Shown here: piece after piece, positions 50,153-64,000 of the stretch
How the letters are laid out: every line of letters starts with the position of its first letter
How positions within the stretch are numbered: the first letter of the stretch is position 1
Assembly (NCBI RefSeq): GCF_009914755.1
Contig: NC_060947.1
Strand: one strand, 5' to 3'
DNA: 64,000 nt
Origin: the human T2T-CHM13v2.0 reference genome, Homo sapiens
Notes under the pieces: generated by a model
What the model was told of the DNA's origin: nothing
The model's database searches: none
The model's input: the letters and a program-made list of their open reading frames with translations, nothing else
Program-made: the position numbers and the translations under genes

Positions 50153-52442
50153 TCATAAGCAAAGGAGAAATAAAATCTTTTACAGACAAGCAAATGCTGT
50201 GGAATTTTGTCACCACCAGGCCTGCCTGGCAAGAGCTCCTGAAGGAAGCACTAAACATGGAAATGAAAAACCGGTACAAGCAACTGCAAAAACATAACAA
50301 ATTGTAAAGACTATCGACACTATGAAGAAACTGCTTCAACTAATGGGCAAAATAACCACCTAGCATCATAATGAGAGGATCAAATTCACACATAACAATA
50401 TTAACCTTAAGTGTAAACAGGCTAAATGCCCCAATTAAAAGACACAGACTGACAAATTGAATAAAAGTCAAGACCCATCAGTGTGCTGTATCCAGGAGAC
50501 CCATCTCACATGCAAAGACACACGTAGGCTCAAAATAAAGGGATGGAAAAATATATACCAAGCAAATGGAAAGCAAAAAGAAGCAGGGGTTGCAATTCTA
50601 GTCTCTTATCAAATAGACTTTAAACCAACAAAGATCAAAAGAGACAAAGAACGGCATTACATAACGGTAAAGGGATCATGAAACAAGAAGAGCCAACTAT
50701 CCCAAATATATATGCACCCAATAAAGAGCAACCAGATTCATAAAGCAAGTTCTTAGAGACATACAAATAGACTTAGACTCCCACACAATAATAGTGGGAG
50801 AATTTAACACCCCACTGTCATTATTAGACAGATCAACAAGACAAAATTAAAAAGAATATTCAAGACTTGAACTCAGCTCTGGACCAAGTGGACCTAATAG
50901 ACATCTACAGAACTGTCTACCCCAAATCAACAGAATATACATTTTTCTCAGCACCACATCACACTTACTCTAAAATTGACCACATAATTGGAAGTAAAAC
51001 ACTTCTCAGCAGAAGCAAAAGAACAGAAATCATAACAAACAGTCTCTCAGACCACAGTGCAATCAAATTAGAACTCAGGATTAAGAAACTCATGCAAAAT
51101 CACACAACTATATAGAAACTGAACAACCTGCTCCTGAATGACTACTAGGTAAATAACGAAATTAAGGCAGAAATAAATAAGTTCTTTGAAATTAATGAGA
51201 AGAAAGACACAAAGTACCAGAATCTCTGGGACACACCTAAGACATTGTTTAGACGGAAATTTATAGAACTAAATGCCTGCAAGAGAAAGCAGAAAATATC
51301 TAAAATCGACACTCTAACATCACAATTAAAAGAACTAGATAAGCAACACAAACAAATTCAAAAACTAGCAGAAGACAAGGAATAACTAAGATCAGAGCAG
51401 AACTGAAAAATATAGAGAAATGAAAACCCCTTCAAAAAAATCAATGAATCCGGGGGCTGGTTTTTTCAAAAGATCAACAAAATAGACTTCTAGACAGGCT
51501 AATAAAGAAGAAAAGAGAGAAGAATCAAATATATACAATAAAAAAAGATAAAGGGGATATTGCCACTGATCCCACAGAAATAAAAACTACCATAAGAGAA
51601 TACTATAAACACTTCTACACAAATAAACTAGAAAATCTAGAAGAAATTGATAAATTCCTGGAAACATACACCCTCCTAAGTCTAAACCAGGAGGAAGTCG
51701 AATCTCTGAATAGACCAATAACAAGTAGTGAAATTGAGGAAGTAATTAATAGCTTACCAACCAAAAAAGTCCAGGACCAGACAAAGTCACAACCAGATTC
51801 TATCAGAGGTACAAAGAGGAGCTGGTACCATTCATTCTGAAACTATTCCAAACAATAGAAAAAGAGGGAATCCTCCCTAACTCATTTTATGAGGCTGGCA
51901 TCATCCTGATACCAAAACCTGGCAGAGACACAACAAAAAAAGGAAATTACAGGCCAATATCCCTGATGGACATCAATGCGAAAATCCTCAATAAAATACT
52001 GGAAAACCAAATCCAGAAGCATATCAAAAAGCTTATCCACCACGATCAAGTCTGCTTCATCCCTGGGATGCAACGCTGGTTCAACATATGCAAATCAATA
52101 AACGTAATCCACCACATAAACAGAACCAATGACAAAAATCACATGATTATCTCAATAGATGCAGAAAAGGCCTTCAACAAAATTCAACACCCCTTCATGC
52201 TAAAAACTCTGAATAAACTAGGTATTAATGGAACATATCTCAGAATAATAGGAGATATTTATGACCACCCCACAGCCAGCATCATACTGAATGGGCACAA
52301 ACTGGAAGCATTCCCTTTGAAAACTGGCACAAGACAATAATGCACTCTCTCACCACTCTTATTCAACATAACACTGAAAGTACTGGCCAGCGCAGTCAGG
52401 CAAGAGAAAGAAATAAAGAGTATTCAGATAGAAAGAGAATAA

Positions 52443-52574
<132 letters not shown>

Positions 52575-52583
52575 TAGGCATTC

Positions 52584-52849
52584 TTTTTTTGTTCTTTTTT
52601 TGAGACAGAGTCACAATCTCGGCTCACTGCAATCTCCACCTCCCAGGTTCAAGCGATTCTCCTGCCCCAGTCTCCTGAGTAACTGGAATTACAGGTGTGT
52701 GCCACCAGACCCGGCTAATTTTTGTATTTTTAGTAGAGACGGGGATTCACCATATTAGTCAGGCTGGTCTCAAACTCCTGACCTCGTGATCCACCCACCT
52801 CGGCCTCCCAAAGTGCTGGGATTGCAGGCGTAAGCCACCATGCACGTCC
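52584..52849 (-). mobile_element. AluS (Sg-like) with a ~30-bp internal deletion
   Basis: T tail, TGAGACAGAGTC|ACAATCTCGGCTCAC, CCTGACCTCGTGATCC; decayed TSD TATAGGCATTC/TACAAGTGTTC. Confidence 0.92.
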
Positions 52850-53049
52850 TACAAGTGTTCTTATACACCAACAGTAGACAAGCAGAGAGCCCAGTCATGA
52901 ATGAATTTCCATTCACAATCCCTACAAAGAGAATAAAATATCTAGGAATATAGCTTACAAGGAACGAGAAGGACCTCTTCAAATAACTACAAACCACTGC
53001 TCAATGAAATAAGAGGGGACATAAATAAATGGAAAAACATTCCATGCTT

Positions 53050-53955
53050 GGGAGGAGGAGCCAAGATGGCCGAATAAGAACAGCTCCGGTCTACAGCTCC
53101 CAGCGTGAGCGACGCAGAAAACGGGTGATTTCTGCATTTCCATCTGAGGTACCGGGTTCATCTCACTAGGGAGTGCCAGACAGTGGGCGCAGGCCAGTGG
53201 GTGCGTGCACCGAGCACGAGCCGAATCAGGGCGAGGCATTGCCTCACTGGGAAGCGCAAGGGGTCAGGGAGTTCCCTTTCCGAGTCAAAGAAAGGGGTGA
53301 CAGACGCACCTGGAAAATCGGGTCACTCCCACCCTAATATTGCGTTTTTCAGACCGGCTTAAAAAACGGTGCAGCACGAGACTATATCCCACACCTGGCT
53401 CGGAGGGTCCTACACCCACGGAATCTCGCTGATTGCTAGCACAGCAGTCTGAGATCAAACTGCAAGGCGGCAGCGAGGCTGGGGGAGGGGCGCCCGCCAT
53501 TGCCCAGGCTTGCGTAGGTAAACAAAGCAGCCGGGAAGCTCGAACTGGGTGGAGCCCACCACAGCTCAAGGAGGCCTGCCTGCCTCTGTAGGCTCCACCT
53601 CTGGGGGCAGGGCACAGATAAACAAAAAGACAGCAGTAACCTCTGCAGACTTAAATGTCCCTTTCTGACAGCTTTGAAGAGAGCAGTGGTTCTCCCAGCA
53701 CGCAGCTGGAGATCTGACAACGGGCAGACTGCCTCCTCAAGTGGGTCCCTGACCCCTGACCTCCGAGCAGCCTAACTGGGAGGCACCCCCAAGCAGGGGC
53801 ACACTGACACCTCACACGGCAGGGTATTCCAACAGACCTGCAGCTGAGGGTGCTGTCTGTTAGAAGGAAAACTAACAAACAGAAAGGACATCCACACCAA
53901 AAACCCATCTGTACATCACCATCATCAAAGACCAAAAGTAGATAAAACCACAAAG
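53050..53955 (+). promoter_or_regulatory. L1 5'UTR internal sense/antisense promoter, CpG-rich, YY1 site at 53062-53072
   Basis: CAAGATGGCCG motif; many retained CpGs in 53050-53560. Confidence 0.85.
53285..53500 (-). CDS. ORF0: L1 ORF0 (71 aa), open
   Basis: MAGAPPPASLPPCSLISDCCASNQRDSVGVGPSEPGVGYSLVLHRFLSRSEKRNIRVGVTRFSRCVCHPFL*. ATG at 53500-53498; 216 nt. Confidence 0.8.
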   Translation of the reverse strand: MAGAPPPASLPPCSLISDCCASNQRDSVGVGPSEPGVGYSLVLHRFLSRSEKRNIRVGVTRFSRCVCHPFL

Positions 53956-54972
53956 ATGGGGAAAAAACAGAACAGAAAAACTGGAAACTCTAAAACGCAG
54001 AGCACCTCTCCTCCTCCAAAGGAACGCAGTTCCTCACCAGCAACGGAACAAAGCTGGATGGAGAATGACTTTGACGAGCTGAGAGAAGAAGGCTTCAGAC
54101 GATCAAATTACTCTGACCTACGGGAGGACATTCAAACCAAAGGCAAAGAAGTTGAAAACTTTGAAAAAAATTTAGAAGAATGTATAACTAGAATAACCAA
54201 TACAGAGAAGTGCTTAAAGGAGCTGATGGAGCTGAAAACCAAGGCTCGAGAACTACGTGAAGAATGCAGAAGCCTCAGGAGCCGATGTGATCAACTGGAA
54301 GAAAGGGTATCAGCAATGGAAGATGAAATGAATGAAATGAAGCGAGAAGGGAAGGTTAGAGAAAAAAGAATAAAAAGAAATGAGCAAAGCCTCCAAGAAA
54401 TATGGGACTATGTGAAAAGACCAAATCTACGTCTGATTGGTGTACCTGAAAGTGATGCGGAGAATGGAACCAAGTTGGAAAACACTCTATAGGATATTAT
54501 CCAGGAGAACTTCCCCAATCTAGCAAGGCAGGCCAACGTTCAGATTCAGGAAATACAGAGAACGCCACAAAGATACTCCTCAAGAAGAGCAACTCCAAGA
54601 CACATAATTGTCAGATTCACCAAAGTTGAAATGAAGGAAAAAATGTTAAGGGCAGCCAGAGAGAAAGGTCGGGTTACCCTCAAAGGGAAGCCCATCAGAC
54701 TAACAGTGGATCTCTCAGCAGAAACCCTACAAGCCAGAAGAGAGTGGGGGCCAGTATTCAACATTCTTAAAGAAAAGAATTTTCAACCCAGAATTTCATA
54801 TCCAGCCAAAATAAGCTTCATAAGTGAAGGAGAAATAAAATACTTTACAGACAAGCAAATGCTGACAGATTTTGTCACCACCAGGCCTGCCCTAAAAGAG
54901 CTCCTGAAGGAAGCACTAAACATGGAAAGGAACAACCAGTACCAGCCACTGCAAAATCATGCCAAAACGTAA
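53956..54972 (+). pseudogene. ORF1: L1 ORF1p with a single premature stop (54490-54492)
   Basis: MGKKQNRKTGNSK...; the frame is preserved after the TAG to ...PLQNHAKT*. Confidence 0.95.
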
Positions 54973-55035
54973 AGACCATCGAGACTAGGAAGAAACTGCA
55001 TCAACTAATGAGCAAAATCACCAGCTAACATCATA

Positions 55036-58862
<3,827 letters not shown>

Positions 58863-60741
58863 ACAATGAGATCACATGGACACATGAAGGGGAATATCAC
58901 ACTCTGGGGACTGTGGTGGGGTGGGGGGAGCGGGGAGGGATAGCATTGGGAGATATACCTAAGGCTAGATGACGAGTTAGTGGGTGCAGCGCACCAGCAT
59001 GGCACATGTATACATATGTAATTAACCTGCACATTGTGCACATGTACCCTAAAACTTAAAGTATAATAAAAAAAAGAAAAAAAAACATTCCATGCTTATG
59101 GATAGGAAGAATCAATATCACAATATGTCCATACTGCCCACAGTAATTTATAGATTCAATGCTATTTCCATCAAAGTACCATTGAGTTTCTTCACAGAAT
59201 TAGAAACAACTACTTTAAATTTTATGTGGAACCAAAAAAGGGCCTGTATATCCAAATCAATATTAAGCAGAAAGAACACAGCTGGAGGCATCATGCTACC
59301 TGACTTCAAACTATACTAGGCTACAGTAACCAAAACAGCATGGCATTGGTACCAAAACAGAAATATATACCAATGGGGCAGAACAGAGGCCTCATAAATA
59401 ACACCACACATCTACAACCATCTGTTCTTTGACAAACCTGATGAAAACAGGCAATAAGGAAAGGGTTCCCTGTTTAACAAATGATGCTGAAAAACTGGCT
59501 AGCCATATGCATAAAACTGAAACTAGCCTTGTTCCTTACACCTTATACAAAAATTACCTCAATATGGATTAAAGACTTAAATGTAAAACCCCAAACCATA
59601 AAAACCCTAGAAGAAAACCTAGGCAATACCATTCATTACATAGGTATAGGAAAAGGCTTCATGACGAAAACACCAAAAGCAATTGCAACAAAAGCTAAAA
59701 TTGACAAATGAGATCTAATTAGACTAAAGAGCTTCTGCACAGCAAAATAAACTAGCATCATAGTAAACAGGCAACCTACAGAATGGAAGAAAATGTTTGC
59801 AATCTACCCATCTGACACAGGGCTAATATCGAGAATCTACAAGGAATTTAAACAAATTTACAAGAGAAAATCAAACAAACGCATCAAAACGTAGGCAAAG
59901 GATATAAACAGGCACTTCTCAAAAGAAGACATTTATGCAGCCAACAAACATACGAAAAAAGCTCATCATCACTGATCATTAGAGAAATGAAAATCAAAAC
60001 CACAATGAGATACCATCTTACACTAGTCAGAATGGTGATTATTAAAAAGTCAGGAAACAATAGATGCTGGAGAGGCTGTGGAGAAATAGAAACGCTTTTA
60101 GACTGTTGGTAGAAATGTAAATTAGTTCAACCATTGTGGAAGACAGTATGGCAGTTCCTCAAGGATCGAGAACCAGAAATACCATTTGACCCAGCAATCT
60201 CATTACAGGGTATATACTCAAGGGAATATAAATCTTTCTACTATAAACACACATGCACATATGTATATGGGAGCACTATTTACAATAGCAAAAACATGGA
60301 ACCAACCCAAATGCCCATCAATGATAGACTGGATAAAGAAAATGTGGTATGTATACACCATGGAATACTATGCAGCCCTGAAAAAGAATGAGATCATGTC
60401 CTTTGAAGGGACATGTATGAAGCTGGAAGCCATCATCCTCAGCAAACTAACACAGGAACAAAACACCAAACACTGCATGTTCTCATTCTTAAGTAGGAGT
60501 TGAACAATAAGAACACATTGACACTGGGAGAGGAAGAATGCACACCTCGGTCTGTTGTGGGGTGGTGGGGAAGGGGAGGGAAAGCCTTAGGACAAATACC
60601 TGAAGCATGTGGGGCTTAAAACCTAGATGATGGGTTGATAGGTGGAGCAAACCACCGTGGCACATTTATACCTATGTAACAAACCTGCACTATCTACACA
60701 TGTATCCCGGAGTTTAAAGTAATTTTTAAAAAGAAAAAAAA

Positions 60742-62045
60742 TAACATTCTGACACATGCTACAATATGGATTAGCTATGTATAGTATTCAAATTTCATAA
60801 AGAGAAAATATAGAATGGTAGTTACCAGGGGCTGGATGAGGGAAATGAGGAGTTACTGTTTAATGGGATCAGAGTTTCAATTTTCAAAAATAAGAAAGCA
60901 GTGGTGATGGATAGTGATGATGGTTGCAAAACAATGTAAATGTACTTAATACCAATAAACTGAATATTAAACATGTTTAAAATGGTAAATTTGTCTTTCT
61001 GTGCCTGGATTATTTTACTTAACAATGTCCTACAGTTTCATCCATGTTTTTTGTAAATTATAGGATTTCATTTTTATGTGGCTGAATAAATTTCCAGTGT
61101 GTACATATACCACAGTTTTATCCATACATTTGCTGATGGACACTTAGATTGAGTTCAAATCTTGGCTATTGTGAATAGTTCTCCAATAAACATAGTAGTG
61201 CAGATGTCTCTTCAATATATTGATTTTTTATTTCTTTTGGATATATTCCCACCAGTGAAATTGCTAGGATATATAGTAGTTTTGTTTTTCATTTTTTAAA
61301 GGAATCCCCATACTGCTCTCCATAGTTGCTGTACTAATTTACATTTCCCCTGACAGTGTGTGAGTGTTCCCCTGTTTCCATATCTTCACCAGCATCCAGT
61401 GTTTCCTTTTTGATATTATCCATTTTAACTGGGGTGACATGATACTTCATAGTAGTTTTGCTTTGCATTTCTCTGATGATGAAAGTTGTTGAGAGTTTTT
61501 TCACATACATGTTGGCCATTTGTAAGTGAAATAAGCCAGGCACCGAAAGACACATACTGCATGTTCTCACTTATATGTGAGAGCTAAAAAATAATTTAAC
61601 TCTTGAAGATACAGTGTAGAATGATGGTCACCAGATGCTGGGAAGGGTAGTGGGGAGGGTAGAATAGAAATGGGATGATAATGAGTACAAAAATACATTT
61701 AGACAGAAAAAATAATATCTGGTGTTCAGTACCCCAACAAGGTGACTAGAGTTAACAATAATTTATTGCATATTTCAAAAATATCTGAAAGAGTGAAGCT
61801 AAAATGTTTCTAACACAAAAATGCTAAATGCTTGAACTGGTACATATCCCAACTACCTCAATTTGATCATTACACAATGTATGACTGCACCAAAATTTCA
61901 CATGTACCCCATAAATATGCAGAACTATTAGGTAAGCAGAAAAATTAAAAGTTAAGAAAATTAGTATTAAAGGTAAATCTAAGTAAGTTTATTTTAAAAA
62001 TGGTGAACTTTATGTTATTTGTACTTTTACAACAATTAAAAAAGA
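60742..62045 (+). mobile_element. L1MB-like 3' end (60742-60992 + 61997-62045), split by an L1MA insertion
   Basis: TAGAATGGTAGTTACCAGGGGCTGG...AAAATGGTAAAT resumes as AAAATGGTGAACTTTATGTTAT. Confidence 0.75.
60991..61996 (+). mobile_element. L1MA with 5' inversion (minus 60991-61521, plus 61522-~61950)
   Basis: Strand switch at GGCCATTTG|TAAGTGAAATAAGCCAGG; TSD AAAATGGTAAATTT/AAAATGGTGAACTT. Confidence 0.8.
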
Positions 62046-62074
62046 TTAAATTTTCTACATTATTCATGTTGGAG

Positions 62075-62222
62075 TTTTTATTTATTTTATTTTCTATTTC
62101 CTTTTTTAAAATTTAACTTTTATTTTAACTTCATGGATACATGTGCAGGTTTGTTATACAGATAAACTTCTGTCATGGCGGTTTGTTTTACAGATTATTT
62201 CATCTCCCAGATATTAAGCCAT
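62075..62222 (-). mobile_element. Short L1PA13-16-like 3' tip
   Basis: T-rich tail, ACATGTGCAGGTTTGTTA...TTTCATCTCCCAGATATTAAGCC. Confidence 0.75.
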
Positions 62223-62224
62223 TG

Positions 62225-63070
62225 GCACATAATAATGTATATATTTATGAGGTACAACATGATGTTTTGATACATGGATACATTATGTAATGATCCAATC
62301 AGGTAATTAGCACTTTAAACATGATTTTTTGTGACTAGAACACTCAAAACCGTTTCTTATTTTGAAATATATATTATTGTTAACTCCAGTCATCCTACTG
62401 TGCAATAAAACACCAGAATTTATTCCTCCTATCTAACTGTAGCTTTGTATTCCCTGACCTGACCAATCTCTTCCCATCTTTCCCTTTTCCCTCCCTTCCC
62501 CAAACTCTGGCAACTACTATTCTACTCTCTATTTCTATGAGAACGATGTTTTAGGTTCCACATGTGAGTGAGATCATGCAGTATTTGCCTTTCTGTATCT
62601 AGATTATTTCAGTTAACTTAATGTCCCCTAGGTTCATCCATGTAGTCACAAAAGAAAAAGATTTAATTTTCTAAATGACTGCATAGTACTCATTGTGTAT
62701 GTACACCACATATTCTTTATTCATTCTTTATAGATTCATTCATCTAAATCAACATTTAGGTTGATTCCATATCTTGGCTACTGTGAAAAATGCTGCAATA
62801 AACAGGGGTATAGCTATCTCTTCAACATATTCACTTTATTTCCATTGTATCTATACACAGTACTGGGATTGTTGTATTAGACGGTTTTTATTTTAGCCAT
62901 TCTGATAGATGTATAGTAATAATTCCTGTGGTTGTATGTTGCATTTCTTTAATGGCTAATGAAGTACTCATATTTTCATATGTACATTTGTCATCTGTAT
63001 ATCTTCTTCAGTAAAATGTCATTACATGTGTTTTGTCCACACTGAGTACTGGGAGTTTTGATATATGCTT
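62225..63070 (-). mobile_element. L1MA 3' end and adjoining older L1M fragment
   Basis: GAGGTACAACATGATGTTTTGATAC...TTCCACATGTGAGTGAGATCATGCAG...AGCCATTCTGATAGATG. Confidence 0.75.
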
Positions 63071-63084
63071 TCTTTTAGTGTTTC

Positions 63085-64000
63085 TCACTTTTTCAAAAAC
63101 TTTTATTTTAGGTTTAGGGGTACACGTAAAGGTTTGTTACATAGGTGAACATGTATCATGGGGGTTCATTTTACATATTATTTCATCACCCAGGTATTAA
63201 GCCCAGTACCCAAGAGTTATCTTTTCTGCTCCTCTGTCTCCTCCCACCCTTCTGGCTCAAGTAGACTCTAGTGTCCGTTGTTTCCTCTTTTGTGTTCATA
63301 AGTTCTTATCATTTAGCTCCCATGTATAAGTGAAAACATGTGATATTTGGTTTTCTATTCCTGCATTAGTTTGCTGAGGATAATAGCCTCCAAGTTCATC
63401 CATGTTCCCACAAAAGACATGATCTTGTTCTTTTTTTGGCTGCATAATATTCCATAGTGTATATGTATCATATTTTCTTTATCCAGTCTATCATTGATGG
63501 GCCTTTAGGGTAATTCCATGTCTTTTTTATTGTGAATAGTGTTGCAATGAACATTTCCATGCATGTGTCTTTATGGTATAAGGATTTATATTCTTCTGGG
63601 TATATACCCAGTAATGGATTTGCTGGGTTGAATTGTAGCTCTGCTTTTAGTTCTTTGAGGAATTGCCCTACTGCTTTCCGCAATGGTTGAATTAATTTAC
63701 ACTCACACCAACTGTGTATAAGTGTTCTCTTTTCCCTGCCACCTTACCAGCATTTGTTATTTTTTGACTTTTATGATAGCCACTCTGACTGATGTGAGAT
63801 AGAATCTCATTGTGGCTTTGACTGGCATTATTCCAATGATTAGTGATATCGAGCTTTTTTTCATATGCTTGTTGGCCACATGTATATCTTCTTTTGAGAA
63901 GTGTCTGTTCATGTCCTTTGCCTACTTTTTTAATGGGCTTGTTTATTTTGCTTTTGTAAAATTGTTTAAGTTCCTAATAGATGTGAATACTAGACCTTTG
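63085..64000 (-). mobile_element. L1PA13-16-like 3' end, continues beyond the window
   Basis: GGTTTGTTACATAGGTGAAC...CATCACCCAGGTATTAAGCCCAGTACC; ORF2 C-terminal remnant 63468-63683. Confidence 0.87.

Overview
Hominoid (human-like) genomic DNA made almost entirely of retroelements; the taxon is inferred from AluY and L1PA2/L1PA3-type elements. I see no host protein-coding exon, RNA gene or CRISPR array. The six-frame ORFs are decayed L1 ORF1/ORF2 pieces, Alu/LTR noise or microsatellite artefacts; the one exception is an intact antisense L1 ORF0. Main structure: (1) a two-LTR MaLR provirus at 1.3-4.6 kb whose internal region carries a ~0.9 kb tandem duplication; (2) a ~29 kb four-level, same-strand L1 nest at 4.6-33.8 kb (old L1M > L1PA13-16 > L1PB > L1P3-type), mostly reconstructable from target-site duplications (TSDs), with two MER11 solo LTRs, an MST LTR, Alus and a young truncated L1PA inserted in it; (3) a patchwork of older L1 fragments plus MER4 and THE1 LTRs at 33.8-50 kb; (4) a full-length, coding-dead L1PA2/PA3 at 53050-59080 with a 17-bp TSD, inside an L1PA8; (5) a twin-primed L1MA near 61-62 kb. 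I found no convincing new biological system. The most interesting signals are mechanistic: a complex templated-inversion junction at 22.3-22.5 kb, two apparently non-consensus variants shared by the two young L1s (possible gene conversion), and junction-spanning micro-duplications. Subfamily names come from recalled consensus motifs and need RepeatMasker/Dfam confirmation.
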